A stretch of DNA of 63,096 nucleotides, the filler included, from an uncultured bacterium (lineage in GTDB: Bacteria > Hinthialibacterota > Hinthialibacteria > Hinthialibacterales > Hinthialibacteraceae): assembly GCA_964449065.1 (NCBI GenBank). It is 7 parts of 7 records of this genome, joined end to end, with 100 filler letters (N's around TTAATTAATTAA, not from the genome) between each part and the next. Parts side by side here need not be neighbours in the genome. Positions count along the whole stretch, not along the records: positions 45,281 to 54,163 come from CAYVAZ010000213.1; positions 54,264 to 63,096 come from CAYVAZ010000214.1; 5 more parts are not named here. One strand, written 5' to 3'. Every line of letters begins with the position of its first letter. Position 1 is the first letter of the stretch. Positions 48,501 through 56,862 of this stretch are shown here, in pieces. A program made the translations under genes and the position numbers. The notes beneath the pieces were generated by a model, which was not told the DNA's origin, searched no databases, and was given only the letters and a program-made list of their open reading frames with translations.

Positions 48501-50397
48501 GAACCTGAAATTACATTACGACCATAAGACTCAGCAGATTCACATAGTGGGAGAATATGCAAAAAAGCTGCTACAGAATTATGAGTCAGCCCTCACATTC
48601 GTAGATGACTATTTCTCCTTGAATTACAGCTCATTCTTGCAAAAATACTTTCCCGGAAGCAGGCGAGATGAGATAAAGAAAACAATTACTCCTGAGCAAT
48701 ACCGAAAACTATTTGATGAACTGACCGATAAACAGCTTGAAATCATTGACAACTCGGAAGATCAATACCTGGTGGTTGCCGCTGGTCCGGGAAGTGGGAA
48801 AACCAAACTGCTCGTACATAAACTCGCCTCAATCGTACGGATGGAGGACGTTAAGTATGAGCATCTATTGATGCTGACCTTTTCCCGTGCAGCGGTAAAT
48901 GAATTCAAGCAGCGGCTTATCGGGTTGATAGGAGGTGCGGCACATTACATTGAGATCAAAACCTTTCACTCCTTCTGTTTCGATCTTTTGGGGCGGGTGG
49001 GCAATGTCGAGCGATCTGCCGGCATTATTGAAGAGGCCGTAAAGGCAATCAGGTCGGGGGTGGTAGATCCTTCCCGGATCACAAAATCGGTGCTGGTCAT
49101 CGACGAAGCCCAGGATATGGATTTCCATGACTTCGAACTGGTAAAGGTTCTGATGGAAGAAAACCCTGAAATGCGGATTATTGCCGTGGGTGATGACGAT
49201 CAGAATATTTATGCTTTCCGGGGATCCGATCAGAAGTATTTCCGCGGACTGGCTGGTAGAAGGGAGGCCAGTCAGTATGAACTGACCGAGAATTTCAGGA
49301 GCAGGCCTAATCTGGTAGCTTTCACTAATCGCTTTGCCCGGACTATAACCGAGCGGATGAAGACCACCGACATTGTTTCGAGGCATGCGGAGGAGGGAAC
49401 TATTCATTTATACAGACATAGTTCGGAGCATTTAGAGGTACCAGTGGTTTACCGGGTCATGAATGCCGAACTGGTGGGAACGACCAGTGTACTGACTTGG
49501 TCCAATAAGGATGCGGTCATCGTAGCGGGACTGTTGAAACGAAAGGGCGCAAAGGTAAGACTGATCCAGACCAATGAATATTTCAGTCTTTTGAAACTAA
49601 GAGAATCGCGGTATCTTTTTGAGTTAGTGGGAAGGGAAGAGGTTGGTCAGACTTTAACCGCTGCTCAACTGGAAATGGTTCAGAGGAAGCTGATGGACCG
49701 TTTCGGGAAGACCCGGTCGGCCAATCTTATTCATAATGCCCTCGGCAAGTTCATTGAGCTCCATCCCAAAGTAAAATACCTTTCAGACCTGGAAATCTTT
49801 ATTGGTGAGTCACGAATGGAAGATTTCATTGATACTGAAAGAGACACTATTATGGTATCGACCATGCACAAAACAAAAGGAAGGGAATTCGATAACGTAT
49901 ATATCATGCTGGACCATTTCATCCCGGATGATGATAAAAAACGAAGGCTTTTGTATGTTGCCATGACCCGGGCGAAATCGAAACTGGAGATTCATTTCAA
50001 CGACGATACATTTAGAAGTATTCCACCTGAACTTGCAAGGCAGGGTAAAATAGAAACCCATTATGACCCGCCTGACGAGATTACCGTTCAACTGACCCAT
50101 GAAGATGTCCAACTGGGGTATTTCGGATATGTGCAGAAAAGAGTACTTCCATTGAATTCGGAAGAACCTCTGAAAGTTGATCAAGATGGCTGCATGAATG
50201 GTAAGGGAGAAAGAGTTCTGAAGTTCTCGGCAAAATTCAAAGAAGAGCTGTCGAGTTTGGAAAAGGATGGGTATCATCCATACAGCTCAAGTGTCCATCT
50301 CATGGTTTACTGGTTCAGTGAGGATAATAAGGAAGAGTACTTGATTGTGTTGCCGGAAATCATTTTGAAAAGAAGGAATGAAGTATCTGAGACTTAA
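45583..50397 (+). CDS. DEDD exonuclease-like / RecQ (SF2) / UvrD-Rep (SF1) helicase fusion, 1604 aa
   Basis: FLDTE, GHNI..HD. PTGGGKS, DEAHC, QEAGRAGRD. AGPGSGKT, DEAQD, VGDDDQNIY.FRG, ENFRS, TMHKTKGREFD, YVAMTRAK. Confidence 0.9.
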   Translation: MPQIAFLDTEVHPKSRKIMDAGAANEQGGVFHSASLEELMNFISPATYLCGHNIIDHDKKHIEAWLGDEALKKFKFIDTLYLSPLLFPERPYHRLIKDDKLDPENLNNPYVDATKARDLFYDELTSFKSIDHRLQQIYLKLLDHSEYFRSFFEYSDIHKREGNAEQGIRDRFQNRFCSNASLSDCIQEDPVALAYALALINCDDRHSITPPWVLHRFPNVERYLFRLRSQPCLPGCAYCNQAFDASSGLKEFFGFPSFREFDGKPLQEMAVKAALQNKSILAIFPTGGGKSLTYQVPALMAGKHSHALTVIISPLQSLMKDQVDNLLKKDITDAVTINGLLDPVERSKSVESVKEGLASILYISPESLRSKIIERLLLDRKIARFVIDEAHCFSAWGQDFRVDYLYIGKFLKSLQEMKNLQDPIPVSCFTATAKPQVIEDIQAYFKDTLQINLELFHSASTRKNLQYQVIHCADPKEKYYRLRDLIQSNPRPTIVYVSRVKRTSEIASRLIEDGFSALPYHGKMEPKQKTTNQNSFMSGENDIIVATSAFGMGVDKDNVGMVVHYDISDSLENYVQEAGRAGRDEKIRADCYVLFNEDDLGKHFILLNQTKINIHEIQDIWKAVKKLSRIKDSFSNSALEIARKAGWNEQVEQLETRVTTAIAALEEAGYLSRIHNSPRIFATSILAKNADEALQKINASTRMNEKQKIQSTRIIKMLISSRSRKRGSEEEAESRTDYISDLLGINLFEVHHAIQLLREEGLLADNSDLTVSFSPGTTRSGTVTLLEEYALLEKFIYDTLEQQDQVVHLKKINEEALSAGKVSDTNRIRTVLNFWAIKNWIRKEKREGSQDHFRIKYAGDREGLSDRITGRHELASFIIHYLFERMIKEGGNQEKDKQSYVEFSIHEVSEAFRKKESLFRKEVSIYEVEEALFYLTRIEALSIEGGFLVIYNKLNIHRKEKNTYKQYKKEDYENLKLHYDHKTQQIHIVGEYAKKLLQNYESALTFVDDYFSLNYSSFLQKYFPGSRRDEIKKTITPEQYRKLFDELTDKQLEIIDNSEDQYLVVAAGPGSGKTKLLVHKLASIVRMEDVKYEHLLMLTFSRAAVNEFKQRLIGLIGGAAHYIEIKTFHSFCFDLLGRVGNVERSAGIIEEAVKAIRSGVVDPSRITKSVLVIDEAQDMDFHDFELVKVLMEENPEMRIIAVGDDDQNIYAFRGSDQKYFRGLAGRREASQYELTENFRSRPNLVAFTNRFARTITERMKTTDIVSRHAEEGTIHLYRHSSEHLEVPVVYRVMNAELVGTTSVLTWSNKDAVIVAGLLKRKGAKVRLIQTNEYFSLLKLRESRYLFELVGREEVGQTLTAAQLEMVQRKLMDRFGKTRSANLIHNALGKFIELHPKVKYLSDLEIFIGESRMEDFIDTERDTIMVSTMHKTKGREFDNVYIMLDHFIPDDDKKRRLLYVAMTRAKSKLEIHFNDDTFRSIPPELARQGKIETHYDPPDEITVQLTHEDVQLGYFGYVQKRVLPLNSEEPLKVDQDGCMNGKGERVLKFSAKFKEELSSLEKDGYHPYSSSVHLMVYWFSEDNKEEYLIVLPEIILKRRNEVSET

Positions 50398-50514
50398 ATA
50401 GCAGTGAAAGGGTATTCCATTCAGCCAAATATAACCTACTAGAAGGAGAGTACAATACATTTGAGAAAATTAAGCCCATGGTCATGGCTGGTTCTCATTA
50501 GAATATTTAAATTT

Positions 50515-50630
50515 AATGATGATTTTGATTTTAAGGAGCGGTTTAACACTCAAAGGCAGAATTTGAGAAGCAGATTAATGAAGAAAAAGCTATCAATGAT
50601 AAAATCATAATGCAATTATCAAAAATATAA
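50515..50630 (+). pseudogene. Frameshifted C-terminal remnant of a type I R-M HsdM gene
   Basis: Manual translation: DDFDFKERFNT / KAEFEKQINEEKAINDKIIMQLSKI*, similar to HsdM C-terminal helices. Confidence 0.5.
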
Positions 50631-50677
50631 CTCAAGTAATTATTGCAAGTTTCAGGAGAAGTGATAATGAGTATGTT

Positions 50678-50881
50678 GACCTGGTTTATACCATCCGAAA
50701 TAAAAGGGTTATGCTTTATCAGGATCTTGCTAAAATGTACGGGGTGGAAACAAGAATCCTAAATCAGCAGGTAAAACGAAACATTGAAAAATTTCCCGAA
50801 ACATTTAGATTTCAATTGACCAAGGAAGAATTTAAAAATTTTCAAGAGAACTTGAAATCACAAAATGTGATCTCAAGATGA
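50678..50881 (+). pseudogene. ORF6N (KilA-N-like) DNA-binding domain fragment
   Basis: Manual translation: YTIRNKRVMLYQDLAKMYGVETRILNQQVKRNIEKFPETFRFQLTKEE..LKSQNVIS*. The RBS-linked ATG is out of frame. Confidence 0.75.
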
Positions 50882-50899
50882 CGGCTTAAATCATTGAAA

Positions 50900-51076
50900 A
50901 TGAATTACGAAAACCGGATAGTTGCATTTATTGATATTTTAGCTTTTGCTAACATCATTAAAGATACTGTTGATAATGCAAAATTTATCACGGAGTTATA
51001 CCGGGTTTTTGAGCATATTCACTTTTTGATGGGAGTAAGCAAACCAAGTGATGATGTAGCAGAAGCTCAAGGATAA
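50900..51076 (+). pseudogene. N-terminal fragment of a nucleotide-cyclase-like protein
   Basis: YENRIVAFIDILAF matches the family start motif (VAFIDILGF), then the frame stops early. Confidence 0.5.
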
Positions 51077-51314
51077 AACCCAAACGTATTCTCATTTTTT
51101 TCAATCGGGGAATAAATACTTGAAAATTTTTATGGAATTCCGAATTGTTATTTGTTTCAATACCTTAACTTTATATGAAGGGATGTTATGACAAGTAGGA
51201 TTTCTCATAATGGGAAACACGGAATGATAATAGTAATGGAATATTCTATAAAAACTTCGTTAGAGTACATGCGAAAGAAAACCAAACCCAAGTAAAAAAT
51301 GTTATATTTGTACT

Positions 51315-51539
51315 ATGACCAATTATCAAAAAATCATAACAATAAATCCGGAAAAGCGATTCGGAAAGCCTTGTATACGTGATACCAGGATTTCAGTTTA
51401 TGACGTGTTATCTTGGTTAGCTTCTGGTATGACAAATGAAGACATTACTTCAGATTTTCCAGAAATTTCTGAAGAAGATATATCAGCCTGTTTATCTTAC
51501 GCAGCAGAAAGGGAAAGAAAAATTCGTGTTAGATCATGA
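51315..51539 (+). CDS. DUF433 family antitoxin
   Basis: I.INP.KRFGKPCIR.TRISVYDVL.WLASGMT..DI..DFPE...EDI.ACL.YAA. Confidence 0.93.
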   Translation: MTNYQKIITINPEKRFGKPCIRDTRISVYDVLSWLASGMTNEDITSDFPEISEEDISACLSYAAERERKIRVRS

Positions 51540-51877
51540 AACTTCTTTTCGATCAAAATATCTCCTACAGAATCCCTCACCTAATTGAAGATATTTTCCC
51601 GGAGTCACAACAAGTTAGAAATCTAAAACTTGAAAATTCAACAGATCGACGAATATGGGATTTTGCAAAGAAGAACAATTACTGTATTGTCACTTTTGAT
51701 TCCGATTTCTATGATCTTAGTTTGGTCCAAGGATCGCCACCTAAAATTATTTGGCTCAGAATGGGGAACACTTCAACGAAATCACTAGAAAAAATTATGC
51801 GGGAGAACGAAATCCTGATAAAAGAATTCTTAGAAAATTCTGATTATAAGGAAATAAGTTGTCTTGAGTTGGATTGA
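51536..51877 (+). CDS. DUF5615 PIN-like toxin
   Basis: MKLLFDQNIS, D..IW.FAK, IVTFDSDF, G.PPKIIWLR.GN. ATGA overlap. Confidence 0.92.
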   Translation: MKLLFDQNISYRIPHLIEDIFPESQQVRNLKLENSTDRRIWDFAKKNNYCIVTFDSDFYDLSLVQGSPPKIIWLRMGNTSTKSLEKIMRENEILIKEFLENSDYKEISCLELD

Positions 51878-52019
51878 ATTACACGTACTCTAAGCAAGTA
51901 AACCCAATGCTTTGACCATCGCAATCCGAAAAATATTTCTTAAATTAGCTATAACCTGATACCAAAATTAGTCACAAGAATGCCGGCACTGGTCTTACTT
52001 GCCAAACGTTGGGGGTAAT
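51878..52019 (+). repeat. Degenerate attC-like long inverted repeat
   Basis: GCAAGTAAACCCAATGC (51894-51910) vs GCACTGGTCTTACTTGC (51986-52002). Outer ATTAC / GTTGGGGGTAAT. Confidence 0.5.
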
Positions 52020-52286
52020 GCTAAAAATCAAGAATGACAGGCAATCTAACTACTGGACTGCCTTTGCTAAAAGTGCAATTCCAACGACCACTATTGTGAA
52101 CAAAGTCACCTTTTCAACTGCTCTAGCAGTTTCTCTGTAAAGGGTTACGGAAGGAGATTTGCCGATATTCAGCTTTACAGCAGTCCTGTTTGGGTATAAT
52201 TTTCCCATACAAATTACTGTTAAATTACCAACTATCCCTCACTCTTGCCCGGAGGGTTCAGGCAAACGGAAACCAAGCATCCTTTC

Positions 52287-52457
52287 TTACTTTTTGGTCA
52301 CACCTTTAAAAGGTTTACCATCCTGCTTTACATCGATGAATCGTCCAGTGTTGTTGTCCCGCTTGACCCATTGCCCGGTTCTTGGATTGAGGACCTGACT
52401 ACGTCCACGGACAGCACCATTCCGGTGTCCATCGACTTTGGGTGGATTTGTTGCCAT
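52287..52457 (-). CDS. Small basic hypothetical protein (56 aa), below the ORF-track cutoff
   Basis: Manual translation: MATNPPKVDGHRNGAVRGRSQVLNPRTGQWVKRDNNTGRFIDVKQDGKPFKGVTKK. Co-oriented with the upstream PIN/IrrE genes. Confidence 0.75.
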   Translation of the reverse strand: MATNPPKVDGHRNGAVRGRSQVLNPRTGQWVKRDNNTGRFIDVKQDGKPFKGVTKK

Positions 52458-52625
52458 GATATATCTATTTTTGGCACGGTAAGCTATTTGAAACTAAGGT
52501 GCTTACCTTTGACCCAAGGGATAGGATTTGGTAATTTATCTGATTGTCTTACCTTTACATAAGAAAGAAACCTGAAGACCAATTCAATTCTCGCCTGACC
52601 GAAGTGCTATCCCATAGACTCCGGA

Positions 52626-53126
52626 TTATTTTTTATACATCTTTATCAATTTATCAATCTCGTCAAATGGCAAACTGGAATTTACTTCTTTTAATAATTC
52701 CAGCAGCCCAATCCCTTTTGTTTTATTGATCAAACCATTTTCAACAAGGCTTCCAATAACCCATATTGAACCGTGTACTTCTAGGCCTTTATTTTCAGCT
52801 TCTATTCTTAGTTTTTTATCCCCTGTAAGGAGAGGACATTTCAGTTGCAAAGATTTCCAAAGGACCGACTTGTCTGTGATACCCTTGAAATTCTTCTCCG
52901 TCTTGAAGCTGTAAATTTCACCCATCTCTTCCGCAGAGAAATCAATAACGTTTATCTCTTTTGCCCTGATAAAAACTTCAATTTCTTCTCTCTGATCCGA
53001 TCTAATAATTTCATCTATAACAAATACTGTAGTACATATTTCATAATCCAAACTAAAGAACTCTGGCAACGCTCCGATACTGATAATATCAAAAAATATG
53101 TTGGTATCTGTTATTATCAGTTTCAT
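52626..53126 (-). CDS. PIN domain protein (DUF3368-like)
   Basis: IITDTNIFFD, LLTGDKKLR..A...G.EVHGSIW. ATGA overlap with the upstream gene. Confidence 0.85.
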   Translation of the reverse strand: MKLIITDTNIFFDIISIGALPEFFSLDYEICTTVFVIDEIIRSDQREEIEVFIRAKEINVIDFSAEEMGEIYSFKTEKNFKGITDKSVLWKSLQLKCPLLTGDKKLRIEAENKGLEVHGSIWVIGSLVENGLINKTKGIGLLELLKEVNSSLPFDEIDKLIKMYKK

Positions 53127-54163
53127 GCCAGTTGTTTCATCGATTTTCGAAATTCCCAAACACTGTCCCCGGTATAATAAGCTGCTTCGTTGATAGAAAT
53201 CAACCCTTTTCCAAGGGCAAAATATACCAATCGTAAAAATCGTACTGGCTTTTCCTGACTTAGAAAGTTTCCGGGTTCATTATTGGCTTTGTGATATCCA
53301 CGAGAACGATAATTTATGTTCAGGTTTCTAAAGACATAATCATTAATTATTCCTAATCTCAGGGCAGTTTGAAAAATGGCTGAAATAGAAATCCCCCACC
53401 TTTCTTTGATAAGGACTAATTCATTCTCGTAAAAATGAAACCGCTCATAGTGTAATTCCTTTTCTGCCATTTGTGAAGGATATAATACAGCACTGGCAAA
53501 AACATGACACAATTTTTCTTCATTCTTGTGTTCCATTCCATCAGGAAACCGGAGAGATTGATGTGCAAGTTCGTGAAGTGAAGTAAATCGTTTTCGACAG
53601 TTGTTACCCTCGAACAAATTCCTGTTAAGAACAATTACTTTCAATCCATTCACTTCAGCAGATAATCCGTCAAATTTTTCAGTAGCATCAATTTCAACAA
53701 CTTTGTAACCCTTATCTTCCAGCATAGCGACAACATCTGGAATAGGATCATAGCCTAAATCCCAATCTTCACGTAATTTATTGGCAGCTTTCTCAGCATC
53801 TTCAGGATTAATAATTTCATCATCATATTCGAAATAGGCAGGTTTCTCTTCCAGATTGAGTAGGTTTTCAAGTTCCAAATATCTTTCCAGAAGATTTTTA
53901 GACTTTTCTTCGATGGCTGCTTTTTGGGTTGCTGAGATTCTGGAGGAATGCTTTCGATAATCGGGATTGGTGAGTTCAACAGTTACAGTTGGTTCAGCGA
54001 AGAAATAATCAACAGGGACATTTAATACGCTTGCCAACTTTACCAGCAAAGTGCTATCAGGCTTCATTACTCCCTGCTCATACTTATTCAGAGATTGCTT
54101 GGTTACTGCATTCTCTAAAGCATCAGCAAGTTTCTGAAGCGACATACCAGCCATTTTGCGGGC
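53123..54163 (-). CDS. XRE-family HTH + ImmA/IrrE metallopeptidase (start cut by contig edge)
   Basis: SLQKLA......KQSL.KYE.G..KPD HTH. RKRFTSLHELAH (HExxH), EEK.CH.FA. Confidence 0.92.
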   Translation of the reverse strand, partial: ARKMAGMSLQKLADALENAVTKQSLNKYEQGVMKPDSTLLVKLASVLNVPVDYFFAEPTVTVELTNPDYRKHSSRISATQKAAIEEKSKNLLERYLELENLLNLEEKPAYFEYDDEIINPEDAEKAANKLREDWDLGYDPIPDVVAMLEDKGYKVVEIDATEKFDGLSAEVNGLKVIVLNRNLFEGNNCRKRFTSLHELAHQSLRFPDGMEHKNEEKLCHVFASAVLYPSQMAEKELHYERFHFYENELVLIKERWGISISAIFQTALRLGIINDYVFRNLNINYRSRGYHKANNEPGNFLSQEKPVRFLRLVYFALGKGLISINEAAYYTGDSVWEFRKSMKQLA

Positions 54164-54263
54164 NNNNNNNNNNNNNNNNNNNNNNNNNNNNNNNNNNNNN
54201 NNNNNNNTTAATTAATTAANNNNNNNNNNNNNNNNNNNNNNNNNNNNNNNNNNNNNNNNNNNN

Positions 54264-54452
54264 TCTTCTCCCTTTGGGAGAAGATAAGAGATGAGGGCGA
54301 AGAGAGCAATTGCTCCCTATGACGCAGTAGTGTAATTTAGAGGATTATTTCTCCCGAACCCTCACCCCGTCCCTCTCCCGGTGGGCGAGGGCGATAGATT
54401 CAGCGAACGATTAGAAAAACGGGCATATCATAATGTAGTGCGTAACATGGGT
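54264..54452 (+). mobile_element. MITE-like element, right part (cut by contig start)
   Basis: Matches 45088-45180 and 36272-36327. Ends TGCGTAACATGGGT followed by TA. Confidence 0.8.
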
Positions 54453-54482
54453 TAGATAATAAATATATTGGTGATTATTGAA

Positions 54483-54743
54483 ATGACGATTCAACTTTCG
54501 CCGGATTCAGAAAATTTCATTCAAGATAAAGTTAAAACCGGCGTATACAAATCTGCCGAAGACGTTGTGCATCAAGCGTTAAAATTGCTCGAAGAACGTG
54601 ATTTTTCTTTTGCCGTGCGAAAAGATGAAATTCGGCAAAAGATCAACGAGGGCTTAGAATCGCTTCGACGTGGTGCCGGGTTGGATGGTGAAGAGGTGTT
54701 TGCGCGTCTCGAAACTGAATGTGCCGAAATTGTACGCGTATAG
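54483..54743 (+). CDS. ParD-like (RHH, CC2985-type) antitoxin, no adjacent toxin
   Basis: MTIQL.P..E.FI..KV.TG.Y.SA.DVV..AL.LLEER...I.EGL....G..LDGEEVF. Confidence 0.85.
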   Translation: MTIQLSPDSENFIQDKVKTGVYKSAEDVVHQALKLLEERDFSFAVRKDEIRQKINEGLESLRRGAGLDGEEVFARLETECAEIVRV

Positions 54744-54820
54744 CATAGTGCGTGATATCCCTAAGCTTCTATAAACTTTCCTGAATGGTTCGCAAGTGCT
54801 AATAATTGATTTTGAATTGA

Positions 54821-54850
54821 GTTCGGGGCACGTGACAACGCGCCCCGAAT
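54821..54850. terminator. Hairpin between convergent genes
   Basis: TTCGGGGC..GCCCCGAA. Confidence 0.6.
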
Positions 54851-54862
54851 TTCTTATGCGGA

Positions 54863-56779
54863 TTATGATGAAGGTTGCTGTTTGTTGGTGATGTTGCGCA
54901 TGACCATTTCGTAATGGTAGCCCTTGATGACCATTTCGAACGCGTTGGTTAAATAAAAGCCGGGATAGCGGAACATTTTCCGCTCGATCTTTAAATATTC
55001 TTTGGCGTTCTGATACAGCATTTGCATGTCTTCCGCCGTAATACGCTTTTTGTCTAATTTGTCTTTCCAGTCATTCACCGTAGCATAAATTTGATCCAAA
55101 TTCATTTTGCGCTGATGCCGGACCATGTATTCTTTGGCGTAATTCAGCACATCCTGAAATTCAGCCGGGTGATAATCTTTGGTTTGGAGCTTTTGGAACT
55201 TTTGCTGAACGTCCTGCATGCGTTTGTTGATATCTTTCATGTAATTCCAATCCAGTTTTACCGCGTTGTAAAGATACCGGAAATAATCAATATCGAAGCG
55301 GGCGATACCCTGATGTAGTACGGAAAGAATAGCGGCTTTGAGGTAATCATAATGAAAGCGGTCTTTTTTGAAGATTGTGGGTCGGGTTTTTTGAATGGTA
55401 TCGAGACCGCGGCGGTAGATTTCTTTGGGTTGGAAGAGGCTGGATAAAATATAATGCATCCCTGCCCGCAGTTCTTCGGGGGTCATGTTTTTAGGGACAT
55501 ATTGAATTTCGTCATCCGAGTTATTGCCGGAATATTCGGCTTCGACCAAACGGTTTTCCGACTTTAAGCGTTGGTAGAGAGGGGTATGCGGCATAGGAGT
55601 CAGCAGCCCGGTCATGGCAGAGAAGATACTGGTTTCTTTAATGAAGTTTACAATCTGCGTGGCCGTGGTTGGGGTATCGGTATCGGCACCAAAGATGAAA
55701 CCGGCGTACACTTCAATTCCCGCGTGTTGAAACTTGCTGACCAGTTCTTTTAGATCAACCCGGTTGTTTTGTTTTTTATTCATCATTTTCAAAGCTTCGT
55801 CATCCGGGTTTTCAATGCCGAAGAACATAGCGTTATAACCCGCCAGGCGGAATTTTTCGATGAGGTGATCGTTGGAGTCTTTCGCTAGATCCACACTGGA
55901 TTGAACGAAAAACGTGAAGGGGTAGTCGTAATCCCGCTGAAATCGGATTTGCGTATCGAGAATCATATTCATTTCATCGACGATTCCCATGATGTTGTCG
56001 TCTACTATAAACACACTGCCGCGGTGGCCGGTGTCGTAAATGGCTTTGAGTTCGTTGTAGATCTGTTCCGAAGTTTTTACACGCGGAAAGCCGCCGTTGA
56101 ACTGTACGATGTCGCAAAAGTCGCAGCGGAATTTGCAGCCCGCCGTGGTTTGGATCATCATGGAGCGGTAGTTTTTGATATCCGCTAAATCCCAACGGGG
56201 AATCTGTTCTTTTAACTTGGTGAATATCGTCTTGTCATTTAAGTACTTGCGGGAACCGGGCACGGCATTTTTTACGGTTTCAGGAATAATTAGCGTGATT
56301 TCATCCACCCGGTGTTTGGGGAATTCTTCCAAATTGGATGTGATTTGATCAATGCAATTTTGCGCTTCACCCCAAACGATTAAATCGAGGCCGTCGCGCA
56401 ATATCTGATCGGACGCGTTATCCGGTTCCATGATGTGGGTCCGGTATGTCGATGCAAACGGACCGCCCAATACAACCGGTGTGGTAGTATCTTTCGCGGC
56501 ACCGGATAGCAATTCAATAATGGATTTCTTTTGAATAGACATGGCACCGATAAATATGGCATCGGCCTCTTCTATTTTCTGTCTCAAATTTTTGTGATTC
56601 GGTTTGTTCACATTAAAGTCAACCAACTCAAAATCCCAATCATCGGGCATGAGTGAGGCAAAGGTTAGCAGCCCCAACGGTGGAAACGCGGTTTTGCGGT
56701 TAACATAATGTATGATGTATTTATAACTCCAAAACGAATCGGATGGAAATTCCGGCGAAATTAAGAGTCCTTTTTTCAT
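54863..56779 (-). CDS. B12-binding radical SAM protein (HpnP/DUF4070-like) with C-terminal extension
   Basis: PEFP.DSFWSY, PPLGLLT, VLGGP, GCKFRCDFC, VFIVDDN, GFIFG.D.D. Confidence 0.88.
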   Translation of the reverse strand: MKKGLLISPEFPSDSFWSYKYIIHYVNRKTAFPPLGLLTFASLMPDDWDFELVDFNVNKPNHKNLRQKIEEADAIFIGAMSIQKKSIIELLSGAAKDTTTPVVLGGPFASTYRTHIMEPDNASDQILRDGLDLIVWGEAQNCIDQITSNLEEFPKHRVDEITLIIPETVKNAVPGSRKYLNDKTIFTKLKEQIPRWDLADIKNYRSMMIQTTAGCKFRCDFCDIVQFNGGFPRVKTSEQIYNELKAIYDTGHRGSVFIVDDNIMGIVDEMNMILDTQIRFQRDYDYPFTFFVQSSVDLAKDSNDHLIEKFRLAGYNAMFFGIENPDDEALKMMNKKQNNRVDLKELVSKFQHAGIEVYAGFIFGADTDTPTTATQIVNFIKETSIFSAMTGLLTPMPHTPLYQRLKSENRLVEAEYSGNNSDDEIQYVPKNMTPEELRAGMHYILSSLFQPKEIYRRGLDTIQKTRPTIFKKDRFHYDYLKAAILSVLHQGIARFDIDYFRYLYNAVKLDWNYMKDINKRMQDVQQKFQKLQTKDYHPAEFQDVLNYAKEYMVRHQRKMNLDQIYATVNDWKDKLDKKRITAEDMQMLYQNAKEYLKIERKMFRYPGFYLTNAFEMVIKGYHYEMVMRNITNKQQPSS

Positions 56780-56862
56780 GGATCAGCCCTCCTTGCAAAT
56801 ATGGTTCAAAGCGTATTATTCTAAAAGCATTACAATAAAACAACAACGGTTTAACAAAAAAA

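Noticed and set aside
52159..52562. Plus-strand ORFs 52159-52398 and 52245-52562
   Set aside because: No recognisable motifs. They overlap the more plausible minus-strand 56-aa gene.
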